From an uncultured delta proteobacterium (GTDB lineage Bacteria > Desulfobacterota > Binatia > Binatales > Binataceae), in the NCBI GenBank assembly GCA_963808235.1, contig CAWEEQ010000004.1, forward strand, positions 1,280,001 through 1,344,000: a DNA stretch of 64,000 bases. Direction: 5' to 3'. The stretch's first letter is position 1, and every line of letters begins with the position of its first letter. Position numbers and translations under genes: made by a program. A model generated the notes under the pieces. That model was not told where the DNA came from. It did not search any database and saw only the letters and a list, made by a program, of their open reading frames with translations. Below are positions 47,203-56,867 of this stretch, piece after piece.

Positions 47203-49866
47203 ATGCCAGCAGTGGAATTGCCCAAGACATTCGATTCCAAAGCCGCTGAAGAGCGATGGTTCCAGCGCTGGATCGATCTCGGCTACTTCAAGGCCGACCC
47301 GTCGCGCGAAGGCAAAGTATTTTCGATCGTCATCCCGCCGCCCAACGTTACCGGCCAGCTTCATCTCGGCCATGCGCTGAACGTCTCGCTGCAGGACATC
47401 ATCGTGCGCACGCGCCGGATGCAGGGCTACAACACGCTCTGGCTCCCCGGCACCGATCACGCGGGAATCGCCACGCAGAACGCGGTCGAAAAGGATCTCG
47501 CGAAGGAAGGCAAGAACCGCCATCAACTCGGCCGCGAGCCATTTGTCGATCGAGTCTGGCAATGGCGCGAGACTTACGGTGGCCGAATCCTGAATCAGTT
47601 GCGACGCCTGGGCGCATCCTGTGACTGGAGCCGCGAGCGCTTCACGCTCGACCCCGGACTCTCCCGCGCGGTGACCAAGGTCTTCGTCGATCTTTACAAC
47701 AAGGGAATGATCTACCGCGCCAAGCGGCTCATCAACTGGTGTCCGCGATGCGAAACAGCGCTCTCCGATCTCGAAGTCGATCACAAGGATGTGAATGGGC
47801 ATCTTTGGTACATTCGCTATCCGTTCGCCGATGGTAGCGGTGAAATCACGATCGCGACGACGCGGCCCGAGACGATTCTGGGCGATACCGCAGTCGCGGT
47901 GAATCCCGATGACGAGCGCTACAAAGCGTTAGTCGGCAAAACGATCCGGCTGCCGCTGATCGGGCGGGAGATAAAGATCATCGCCGATGCCGCAATCGAT
48001 CGCGAATTTGGTACCGGCGCATTGAAGGTGACTCCCGGCCACGACCCGATCGACTTCGAACTTGGCAAGCGCCACGGCCTCGAGCAGATCTCGATTCTCG
48101 ACGGCCAGGCGCGCATCAACGAGAACGGCGGCCCGTATCGCGGCCTCTCGCGCGAGGAAGCGCGCAAGCAAGTCGTCAAGGACCTCGAGGCGGCGGGCCT
48201 GCTCGAAAAGATCGAGCCGCACAAGCATGCCGTCGGCGTATGCTCGCGATGCGACACGATCGTCGAGCCAATGCTCTCCGAGCAGTGGTTCCTGCGCATG
48301 CGTGAGATGGCCGATCGCGCGATCGCGGCAGTTCGCAACGGCGACACGACTTTCCATCCGAAGTTCTGGGAGAACACTTTCTTCAACTGGCTGGAGAACA
48401 TCCACGACTGGTGTATCTCGCGACAGTTGTGGTGGGGGCATCGGATTCCCGCCTACCGATGCGTCCGCTGCGACCATCTGATCGTCGCGGCGGAGCGCCC
48501 CTCGCGATGCCCGGAGTGCGACGGCTCGGACATCATCCAGGATGACGACGTGCTCGACACGTGGTTTAGCTCGGGCCTGTGGCCGATGTCGACGCTCGGA
48601 TGGCCCGACGACACTCCGGACTTCGCGCGCTACTACCCGACCAGCCTGCTGCTGACCGGTTTCGACATCATTTTTTTCTGGGTCGCGCGGATGATGATGT
48701 TTGGGCTGGAGGTCACCGACAAGGTTCCATTCAAGGACGTGTACATCACGCCGCTGGTGCGCGACGAGCTTGGCAAGAAGATGACCAAGTCGAAGGGCAA
48801 CGTCGTGGACCCGCTCGACCTGATGGAGCAATACGGCGCGGACGCGGTGCGCTTTACGCTCGCGCAGTTGGCCGCGCAGGGCCGCGACGTGATCCTGTCG
48901 CACGATCGTTTCGCCGCGTCGCGCGCATTCGCAAACAAAATCTGGAACGCGGCGCGCTTCGTGATGATGAATCTCGAAGGCGCGCGGCGGCCGCTGCCCC
49001 GCGTCGAGATTGCGACGCTTGGACTCGCGGAGCGATGGATTCTCTCGCGCCTCGACGCGACGATCCGCGAAGTCACTCGCGCGATCGACGCCTACGAATT
49101 CAACCTCGCCGCGATGCGCCTGTACCAGTTCATCTGGCACGAGTTCTGTGACTGGTACATCGAACTGTCAAAGGAACCGCTCAAGAGCGGCGGCGACCGC
49201 CAGGCGGGTGCGCGATGGGTGCTGATCAACGTCTTCGACAAGATGCTGCGACTGCTGCATCCCTTCATGCCGTTCGTGTCGGAGGAGATCTGGCAAGTCA
49301 TCCGGCCGCATTTGGATGAGCCGAATCTCGAGCAGCATCTGCCGATCGCGAAATATCCCGAAGCGTCGGCAACGAATCCGCTTTCGGCGGCGGAAGAGAC
49401 CGCGATGAATCACTGCATCGAGGCAACCGAGGCCATAAACTCCCTGCGCTCGCTGCTTGGATGGCATCCCGGGCAACGCGTGGACGGCGTGATCATGCAA
49501 CGCGGGCCTCTTGACGAGACCTATATGTGGATCAAATACGCGAAGGTCCTTGGCAAGCTAGGGAACGTTGAGACGGAGCAGCAGTCGGGAGAGCGTATCG
49601 TCCTTATTCATCTAGCTTGGGCAGACATAGGAATTAGAGTACCTCCTGAATTCGACTATCAGCGGACAAGGCAGAAGCTTCAGAAGGATCTAGAGGACGT
49701 TTTGAAACACGCGACACAACATGAAGCGCGGCTCAACGATTCAAAGTTCATGCAAAAGGCCGACGTCGAGACTGTGGAGAGTGTAAGCGCGCGCTTTCAG
49801 GAATTGAAAGTCCAAAGCACCCGATTGCAACAACAGATCCAGCAATTGGACGCTGCAGTGGATTGA
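47203..49866 (+). CDS. valS: Valine--tRNA ligase
   Basis: PPPNVTG.LHLGH, DWCISRQLWWGH, DVLDTWFSS, KMTKS. Confidence 0.97.
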   Translation: MPAVELPKTFDSKAAEERWFQRWIDLGYFKADPSREGKVFSIVIPPPNVTGQLHLGHALNVSLQDIIVRTRRMQGYNTLWLPGTDHAGIATQNAVEKDLAKEGKNRHQLGREPFVDRVWQWRETYGGRILNQLRRLGASCDWSRERFTLDPGLSRAVTKVFVDLYNKGMIYRAKRLINWCPRCETALSDLEVDHKDVNGHLWYIRYPFADGSGEITIATTRPETILGDTAVAVNPDDERYKALVGKTIRLPLIGREIKIIADAAIDREFGTGALKVTPGHDPIDFELGKRHGLEQISILDGQARINENGGPYRGLSREEARKQVVKDLEAAGLLEKIEPHKHAVGVCSRCDTIVEPMLSEQWFLRMREMADRAIAAVRNGDTTFHPKFWENTFFNWLENIHDWCISRQLWWGHRIPAYRCVRCDHLIVAAERPSRCPECDGSDIIQDDDVLDTWFSSGLWPMSTLGWPDDTPDFARYYPTSLLLTGFDIIFFWVARMMMFGLEVTDKVPFKDVYITPLVRDELGKKMTKSKGNVVDPLDLMEQYGADAVRFTLAQLAAQGRDVILSHDRFAASRAFANKIWNAARFVMMNLEGARRPLPRVEIATLGLAERWILSRLDATIREVTRAIDAYEFNLAAMRLYQFIWHEFCDWYIELSKEPLKSGGDRQAGARWVLINVFDKMLRLLHPFMPFVSEEIWQVIRPHLDEPNLEQHLPIAKYPEASATNPLSAAEETAMNHCIEATEAINSLRSLLGWHPGQRVDGVIMQRGPLDETYMWIKYAKVLGKLGNVETEQQSGERIVLIHLAWADIGIRVPPEFDYQRTRQKLQKDLEDVLKHATQHEARLNDSKFMQKADVETVESVSARFQELKVQSTRLQQQIQQLDAAVD

Positions 49867-50711
49867 TGGAACTGTTCCAGCAATTCGATCCCACCGAACT
49901 CATCAAGCGGGCGCTCGCCGAAGATGTGGGGCAGGGCGATATCACTACTGTCGCGACTGTTGCGCCGGGACAGAAGGGGCGCGCGCGAATCAAAGTCAAA
50001 GAACCGCGAATGATTCTTGCCGGCGGCATCTTCCTCGAACCCGTGATGCGAATGACTGGCGCCGAGCCGCGCATCGTCAAGCTCGCTACGGAAGGTGCGG
50101 AGCTCAAGGCCGGTGAGACGCTGGCCGAAGTCGATGGAAAGCTCGCGGGACTCCTCACCGGTGAGCGCACCGCGCTGAATTTCATCCAGCTCTTGTCCGG
50201 TATCGCGACGACGACCCGCACTTTCGTCGATGCGATCGCGGGCACCCGCGCGAAAATCATCGACACCCGCAAAACGCATCCGGGACTGCGCATCGTCGAG
50301 AAGTACGCGGTCCGCGTTGGCGGTGGACATAATCATCGCCACGGCCTGGATAGCGGCGTCCTGATCAAAGAAAACCACATTGCGGCGGCGGGCTCGGTCA
50401 CGAAGGCGATCGAGAGCGCACGCCGCATCGCGCCGCATACGCTCAAGATCGAGATCGAATGCGAGACGCTCGCGCAAGTCGACGAGGCCATCAAAGCCCG
50501 TGCCGACGCCATCTTGCTCGACAACATGCCGCTCGAGGACATCCACAACGCGCGCGCGATGGCGCGCGGCGTCATCCTCGAAGTTTCCGGCGGCGTGACC
50601 CTCGACACAGTTCGCGCAATCGCTGAAACCGGCGTCGATCTAATCTCTGTCGGCGCGTTGACTCATTCAGCCCGCGCCGTCGATATAAGCTTGAGAATCG
50701 AAGCTATGTAG
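49866..50711 (+). CDS. nadC: Quinolinate phosphoribosyltransferase
   Basis: GERTALN, DTRKTHPG, LIKENH, ILLDN, SVGALTHS. Confidence 0.96.
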   Translation: MELFQQFDPTELIKRALAEDVGQGDITTVATVAPGQKGRARIKVKEPRMILAGGIFLEPVMRMTGAEPRIVKLATEGAELKAGETLAEVDGKLAGLLTGERTALNFIQLLSGIATTTRTFVDAIAGTRAKIIDTRKTHPGLRIVEKYAVRVGGGHNHRHGLDSGVLIKENHIAAAGSVTKAIESARRIAPHTLKIEIECETLAQVDEAIKARADAILLDNMPLEDIHNARAMARGVILEVSGGVTLDTVRAIAETGVDLISVGALTHSARAVDISLRIEAM

Positions 50712-50731
50712 CTGCGCATGTCAGGTGAAGT

Positions 50732-51547
50732 TTGCCTGCACCGTCCAAACCGCAGAAAAATCCCTACCTCGCGATCGAACGCGGCGAACCGGGCCGGATC
50801 GGTTGGCGCATACACTATTTCGACGAAATCGACTCCACCCAAAACGCCGCGCGCGAACTTGCTGCCGCGGGCGCTGACCAGGGCACCGTCGTAATCGCAG
50901 AGCGACAGACCGCGGGCCGCGGCCGGATGGGCCGCACGTGGCATTCGCCGGCGGGAGTTAATCTCTACGCGACGATAATTTTGCGCCCGCCGATTCCGAT
51001 GACCGACGTGCCGAGGCTGAGTCTTGTTGCGGGCGTCGCGGCGGCGCAGGCGCTCGAGCGCGAAGCAGTCGGAATCGTCGCGCTCAAGTGGCCCAACGAC
51101 TTGTGGCTCCGCGGACGCAAGGCCGGGGGCATCATCGCCGAGGCGGTGACCGACGCGCGGGGCCGGCTCAACTGCGTGCTTTTGGGAATCGGGATAAACA
51201 TCAATCTCGCCGCCGAGGACATTCCCGACCAACTGCGCGACAAGGCCACCTCGATGCGCATCGCGACCGGCCATCCATGCGATCGTATCGCGATTGCGGA
51301 TTCGCTTTTTAATCTGCTCGACTCCCGCTATATGGAAACCCTGACCCGCGGCTTCGAGGCGGTCCGCCCAATGTGGGAACGTTACTCGGCGCTGACCGGC
51401 AAGCGGGTCTCGATTGTCGTCGGCGATCGGCGCGAATCGGGGGTTGTGAAAGGAATCGACGCGGGAGGCGCACTGCTGCTAGACATCGGAGAGCGAATCG
51501 AGCGGATTGTCGCCGGCGAAGTGAGCGTCGAGGGCGCGTACGAGTAA
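50732..51547 (+). CDS. birA: Biotin--protein ligase lacking an N-terminal HTH; the true start may be ATG 50718 with an indel
   Basis: DSTQ, QTAGRGRMGR.W.SP, LKWPND, KAGGI, LGIGIN. Confidence 0.93.
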   Translation: MPAPSKPQKNPYLAIERGEPGRIGWRIHYFDEIDSTQNAARELAAAGADQGTVVIAERQTAGRGRMGRTWHSPAGVNLYATIILRPPIPMTDVPRLSLVAGVAAAQALEREAVGIVALKWPNDLWLRGRKAGGIIAEAVTDARGRLNCVLLGIGININLAAEDIPDQLRDKATSMRIATGHPCDRIAIADSLFNLLDSRYMETLTRGFEAVRPMWERYSALTGKRVSIVVGDRRESGVVKGIDAGGALLLDIGERIERIVAGEVSVEGAYE

Positions 51548-51643
51548 GCTATATGTGATGTGCACGAAATAACTGCTTCGTTCGAGGCGCGGCGCGCTCG
51601 AATCGGCGCCGCTCTCGCGAGGCTTCGGAGAGAGGTAGTCGCT

Positions 51644-53761
51644 ATGGCTGTGGAGGAAATCGGACGGCTTAGAACTATCGCAATCGTTGGCCAGGGCGGC
51701 ACCGGCAAGACGCAGCTCGCCGACGCGATGCTCTTCACGGCCGGCGCCACGACCCGGCTCGGCCGCCCCGACGACGGTTCGGCGGCGATGGACTTCGAGC
51801 CCGAAGAAAACAAGCATCACATTTCAATCAGCTCCGCGTTTCACCATCTCAACTGGAAAAAGACCGAAATAATCATTGCCGATACTCCCGGCTACACCGC
51901 GTTCCTGCCCGAAACGATCACAACTCTCCGTGCCGTTGACGGTGTGGTGATTCTGATAAGCCCGGGCTCCGACACCAAGATTGAATCAGAAAAAATCTGG
52001 GCCGCGACCGCCGAGCTGAAGCTGCCGCGAATCGCATTCGTGTCGAGGCTCGATCGCGAGCGCACGAGCTTCGAAAGTGCGATGAAGGATCTGGAAAAAG
52101 TGCTCGGCGCGCGCGCAGTCGCGCTGACGATCCCGGTCGGCGAAGAGCTCGGCTTCAAGGGAATCGTCGACGTGCTCGCGATGAAGGCGCTCAGCTACTC
52201 CGACACCAGCGGCAAGTTCAAGGAAGAAGAACTCACGCCCGAGCTGAAGACTCGCGCCGAAGCCGCGCGCAACGCGCTCATGGAAGCGGTTGCGGAGACT
52301 GACGACGCGCTGCTCGAGAAATACCTCGACAAAGGAACCCTCGACGATACCGAAGTGCTCGCCGCACTTCGCAGCGCCGTGATGGATCGCACCGTCACGC
52401 CGGTCTTCTGCGGGTCGGGCGCAAAGAATATCGGCATCGCGCCTCTGCTCGACGCGATCACCAACTTTTTGCCGGCGCCCAATCAGCGGCCTCCTGTCGA
52501 ATGCCAAAATCCGGTTACTGGCGAGCCGGCCAATCGTCCCGCCGATCCGGCCGCGCCATTCGCAGCCCTGGTGTTCAAGACGGTGATCGATCCGTTTGCG
52601 GGCAAGCTCTCGATCTTCCGCGTCATCTCGGGCAGCGCGCATAGCGACGGCGCCGTGCTCAACTCATCGCGCGAATCGAAAGAACGCTTCGGCCAGTTGC
52701 TGAGACTTGAGGGCAAGAAGCAGACTCCGCTCGCCATCGCGATCGCAGGCGAGATCGTCGCAGTCGCCAAGTTGAAGGACACCACCACTGGCGACACGCT
52801 GTCCGACGAGAAAGCGCCGGTGCTCGTGATGCCTCCGTTGACGCGGCCGGCCGGCGTCATCTCCTTCGCGATTCATCCCAAGACCAAGAGCGATGAGGAG
52901 AAGTCTTCCGCCGCTCTGCAGAAACTGATCGAAGAAGATCTCGCACTCGAGATGCATCGCGATCCGCAGACCCACGACATCATTTTGTCCGGCACCGGCC
53001 AGATGCATATCGAAATGACGGTCGAAAAGCTCCGCAGAAAATTTAATGTAGACGTTGAACTTCAGGCGCCCAAGGTTCCCTACAAGGAAACCATCAAGGG
53101 ACGCGCCGAATCGCAGGGCAAATACAAGCGCCAGTCGGGCGGCCGCGGCCAATACGGCGATTGTTGGCTCAAGGTCGAGCCGATGCCGCGCGGCAAAGGC
53201 TTCGAGTTCGTCGACGCGATCGTTGGCGGCGTCATCCCGCGCAACTTCATCCCGTCGGTTGAGAAGGGCGTCCGCAACACGCTGGTCGAAGGGCACCTGG
53301 CCGGCTATCCGCTCGTTGATATCAAGGTCACGGTTTTCGACGGTAGTTATCACAACGTCGATTCGTCGGACATGGCGTTCCAGATTGCGGCCTCGATGGG
53401 CTTCAAGGCGGCGCTCGAAAAGGCCCGGCCGATCATTCTCGAGCCGATCGTCGCGATCGAAGTTGCGTGCCCCGACGAATGCATGGGCGACGTAATCGGA
53501 GATCTCAATTCACGCCGCGGCAAAGTGCTCGGGATGGACAGCAAGGGCAGCGGCCAGGTGATCAAGGCTCAGGTGCCGATGTCGGAGGTGCTCAAGTATG
53601 CGCCGGATTTGCGCTCGATCACTTCGGGACGCGGCTCGTTCGAGCAACATTTCTCGCACTACGAGGAAGCGCCGGCGCCCGTCGCGGAAAAGATAATCAA
53701 GGAGACGCACGCCGCGCGCGAGGCCGCCGGCGCCAAGGCGGGCGCTCACGCGCACGCATAG
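51644..53761 (+). CDS. fusA: Elongation factor G paralog (EF-G2-like)
   Basis: GQGGTGKT, DTPGY, KYKRQSGGRGQYG, DGSYHNVDSS, GDLNSRRG; not in an str operon. Confidence 0.9.
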   Translation: MAVEEIGRLRTIAIVGQGGTGKTQLADAMLFTAGATTRLGRPDDGSAAMDFEPEENKHHISISSAFHHLNWKKTEIIIADTPGYTAFLPETITTLRAVDGVVILISPGSDTKIESEKIWAATAELKLPRIAFVSRLDRERTSFESAMKDLEKVLGARAVALTIPVGEELGFKGIVDVLAMKALSYSDTSGKFKEEELTPELKTRAEAARNALMEAVAETDDALLEKYLDKGTLDDTEVLAALRSAVMDRTVTPVFCGSGAKNIGIAPLLDAITNFLPAPNQRPPVECQNPVTGEPANRPADPAAPFAALVFKTVIDPFAGKLSIFRVISGSAHSDGAVLNSSRESKERFGQLLRLEGKKQTPLAIAIAGEIVAVAKLKDTTTGDTLSDEKAPVLVMPPLTRPAGVISFAIHPKTKSDEEKSSAALQKLIEEDLALEMHRDPQTHDIILSGTGQMHIEMTVEKLRRKFNVDVELQAPKVPYKETIKGRAESQGKYKRQSGGRGQYGDCWLKVEPMPRGKGFEFVDAIVGGVIPRNFIPSVEKGVRNTLVEGHLAGYPLVDIKVTVFDGSYHNVDSSDMAFQIAASMGFKAALEKARPIILEPIVAIEVACPDECMGDVIGDLNSRRGKVLGMDSKGSGQVIKAQVPMSEVLKYAPDLRSITSGRGSFEQHFSHYEEAPAPVAEKIIKETHAAREAAGAKAGAHAHA

Positions 53762-53787
53762 AATCGAAGATCGAGGCTGGGCAGCTG

Positions 53788-54315
53788 TTACTTGCGGCGT
53801 CGAAGCGCGTCCGACATGCCGTCATGCGGTCCCAGGCGCCGCTTGGGAATATCGTCCCACCATTCGCTCGGCGGCAGGTCGCCGCGGCGTTGCGGATGCA
53901 TCGGATAGAAAATCCGGTTGTCGGGCTTTGAAGCCTCTCCACCGACTAGCAACAGGGCCTCGTGCTCTGCGTTGTTTATGAAGCAATGGCAAATGCCGGT
54001 GCCCGCGGGAAGTGCCGCAAAGTCTCCGGCGCGCATCGCGTGAACATCGCCGTCGATCCACGCGTCCACCTCGCCCTCGAGAACGTAAACAAACTCTTCC
54101 TCTTTCTCCTCGGCGTGCGGCCAGGAGCTTCGCACTCCGGGCGGCAACCGCATCAGGTGGATGCCGATCTTCGCGAGCCCGGCAGCTTTGCCGATGCTCC
54201 TTTGATACCCCATGTATTCGTCGCTATTCGGATAATGATGCCGCGTCTCGACACACGACGCGGCGGCAATGATGAAGGGTGGTCGTTGGCTATTGCTCAT
54301 GCCGTCCTGTAACAC
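53788..54315 (-). CDS. Cupin domain protein
   Basis: PHAEEKEEEFVYVLEG, AGTGICHCFIN. Confidence 0.88.
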   Translation of the reverse strand: MLQDGMSNSQRPPFIIAAASCVETRHHYPNSDEYMGYQRSIGKAAGLAKIGIHLMRLPPGVRSSWPHAEEKEEEFVYVLEGEVDAWIDGDVHAMRAGDFAALPAGTGICHCFINNAEHEALLLVGGEASKPDNRIFYPMHPQRRGDLPPSEWWDDIPKRRLGPHDGMSDALRRRK

Positions 54316-54377
54316 AAAGTGCCCCCGTATTGCTGCGAGGCGCCGTCTTGTACAATCGGCGCTGAGTCATTTCAGCG

Positions 54378-54590
54378 ATGGCGCCGTTAGGAAAATCTCT
54401 GGTCTTCGCCGGTGTCGGGATGGCGCTGGTCGGCCTCGCTATCTGGGGACTCTCGTCAGTTCCGTACGTCGGCCGCATCCTCGGCGATATCTACATCCGC
54501 CGCGGAAACTTCAGCGTCTACTTTCCGCTCGCGACCTGCATCCTAATCAGCGTCATCGCGACTATACTGTTCTCGCTGATGAGGCATTAA
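54378..54590 (+). CDS. DUF2905 small membrane protein
   Basis: GRILGDIYIRRGNFSVYFPLATCILIS. Confidence 0.85.
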   Translation: MAPLGKSLVFAGVGMALVGLAIWGLSSVPYVGRILGDIYIRRGNFSVYFPLATCILISVIATILFSLMRH

Positions 54591-54593
54591 GGC

Positions 54594-56822
54594 TTGGCGG
54601 CGAATAAAACTGTCAGTCCGCGCCGGCTCGTGGAGCGCAAGCGACGCCGCCGCGAGTTGATCGCGGTTGGCGTGGCCGGCGCGACGCTCGTCGCATTCGT
54701 GCTCGCCCAGACCGAACTGCCGCCGCTCACGCGGCACACCTCGCTGGTCTCGAACCTCGCCGTCATCTCGCTCTTCAACCTGAGCTTCCTGCTGCTCGGC
54801 CTGATGCTGTTCCTGGTCGGGCGCAATCTCGCCAAAGTTATTTTCGAGCGCCGCCGCGGACTGATCGGCTCGAAGTTCCAGGTCAAGCTGGTGGCTGGAT
54901 TTATCGCCGTTGCGCTGATTCCAAGCGCCTTCCTCCTGTATGTCTCCGGCGTGTTTCTGCACGAACAAATCAATAGCTGGTTCAACCCCGAATACGAGCA
55001 GATCCTCGACGACTCGCTCGAGATCGCCAAAACCTACTATTTGAACTCGGCCAACAACGCGTCCCATTTCGCGCGCGAGCTGGCCGAGCAAATCTCCGCA
55101 CTGGGATTGCTCGCGCCGAATAAGCGCGACGATTTGAAAAAGTTCATCGCCCGGCGTCAGCAGGAATACAATCTCGGCACCATCGAGGTTTTCTCCGCCG
55201 ACCGCAAACTCCTGCTCCTCGACATCAGTCCCAAGACTCCGACCGGCATCGGCGCTTCGCCCGATTCTCCGATTATCTCACAGACTCTGAAGGGAGAGGC
55301 TCTCACTCGCACCGATCGGCTCGGCAACGCCGACGTGGTGCGCGGCTCCGCGCCGATTTACGTTTCCGCCGAGACCGACAACGTTCTTGGTGCGGTCCTG
55401 GTCGACTATTACTTGCCGAAGAGCCTGGCCACGCGTGCGACCGATATCTCGCGGGTGTCGGAAGATTATTTCCAGCTCCGGATTCTTCGCCAGCCACTCA
55501 TGAACAGCTATCTGCTGACGCTGGTCTTGATCGGACTGGTTGTGGTGACGCTCGCGAGCTGGTTCGGGATATTTTTGTCACGCGGAATCACCGGCCCGAT
55601 CAAGCTGCTTGCCCGCGGAACGCAGGCAGTTGCCGGCGGCGATCTGAACTTCCGCATTCCTGCCGTCGGCGACGACGAGATCGGCCAACTGGTCGATTCC
55701 TTCAACCAGATGACCGCCGACCTGCGCAGCTCCGGCGCCGAACTCGAGCGCCGCCGCCAGTACACAGAGACGCTGCTCCGCAACGTGTCCGCCGGTGTCG
55801 TCGGTCTTGACCATGAAGGCGTTGTCACGACGATCAATCCATGCGCCGAGCGCCTGCTCGGCCTCGACAGTGCCAGCGTGATCGGTCGCAACTACCAGGG
55901 TGCTTTTCCGCCCTCGCTCGCGCGCTCGCTGGACGACGTATTTGCGACCGCGATGCGGCCGCGCGAGGCGCGCTCGACCGTCAAGCTCGAGGTCTCGGGC
56001 ACCGAGATGGAACTAATGATGACCGCGAGCCCGCTCGGCGACACTCCGAACGCGCCCGCTGGAACAGTGCTTTTCTTCGAGGACGTGAGCCAGATCGCGA
56101 AGGTCGAGCGGATGGAAGCGTGGCGCGAAGTCGCGCGCCGAATCGCGCACGAAATCAAAAATCCATTGACGCCGATCCAGCTTTCCGCCGAGCGCCTTCG
56201 CCGCCAGCTAGGCTCGCGCGCTGGCGCCGAATCGGCGCTGGTCGAGGAATGCACCCGCGTCATCATTGGCGAGGTCGAGGACCTGAAGCGGCTCGTCAAC
56301 GAATTTTCCGCGTTCGCACGGATGCCGCATCTGAACCTGATTCCCGGCGATATCAACCTGCTCGCGAGCGAGACCGCCGCCAATTTCCGCGAAGCCAACC
56401 CCAACGTGGATTTCGCGCTTACGCTCGATGCGTCAGTGCCCCCGATTCTGATCGATCGCGAAGCCCTGAAGCGCGCGCTGGTCAACCTGCTCGACAACGC
56501 CGTCGCCGCGGTGAGCGCCGTCAATCATAACGGCGACCGCCCGCGAATCGAGGTTCTAAGCCGCCGCCGCGCCGACAATTCCATCGTCACTGTCGAAGTC
56601 GCCGACAACGGGCCCGGAATCGATCCGCGCCTGCGCACCCGCATCTTCGAGCCCTACTATTCGAGCAAGAAGGGTGGCACCGGACTCGGCCTCGCAATCG
56701 TGTCGGCGGTGGTCTCGGACCATCACGGCTTCGTTCGTGTGATCGATAACCAGCCGCATGGAAGTAGATTTGTACTGGAGTTTCCCGTACAATCCGCACA
56801 ATTCGTAAAGGCAACTGCCTGA
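54594..56822 (+). CDS. ntrY: NtrY-type membrane sensor histidine kinase (HAMP-PAS-HisKA-HATPase)
   Basis: WREVARRIAHEIKNPLTPIQLSAERL H-box, DEIGQLVDSFNQM HAMP, DNGPG, GTGLGL. Confidence 0.88.
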   Translation: MAANKTVSPRRLVERKRRRRELIAVGVAGATLVAFVLAQTELPPLTRHTSLVSNLAVISLFNLSFLLLGLMLFLVGRNLAKVIFERRRGLIGSKFQVKLVAGFIAVALIPSAFLLYVSGVFLHEQINSWFNPEYEQILDDSLEIAKTYYLNSANNASHFARELAEQISALGLLAPNKRDDLKKFIARRQQEYNLGTIEVFSADRKLLLLDISPKTPTGIGASPDSPIISQTLKGEALTRTDRLGNADVVRGSAPIYVSAETDNVLGAVLVDYYLPKSLATRATDISRVSEDYFQLRILRQPLMNSYLLTLVLIGLVVVTLASWFGIFLSRGITGPIKLLARGTQAVAGGDLNFRIPAVGDDEIGQLVDSFNQMTADLRSSGAELERRRQYTETLLRNVSAGVVGLDHEGVVTTINPCAERLLGLDSASVIGRNYQGAFPPSLARSLDDVFATAMRPREARSTVKLEVSGTEMELMMTASPLGDTPNAPAGTVLFFEDVSQIAKVERMEAWREVARRIAHEIKNPLTPIQLSAERLRRQLGSRAGAESALVEECTRVIIGEVEDLKRLVNEFSAFARMPHLNLIPGDINLLASETAANFREANPNVDFALTLDASVPPILIDREALKRALVNLLDNAVAAVSAVNHNGDRPRIEVLSRRRADNSIVTVEVADNGPGIDPRLRTRIFEPYYSSKKGGTGLGLAIVSAVVSDHHGFVRVIDNQPHGSRFVLEFPVQSAQFVKATA

Positions 56823-56867
56823 TGCTTTCCTTGCCGCGCGACGCGCGATTTCCCGGAGAAATTTGAA

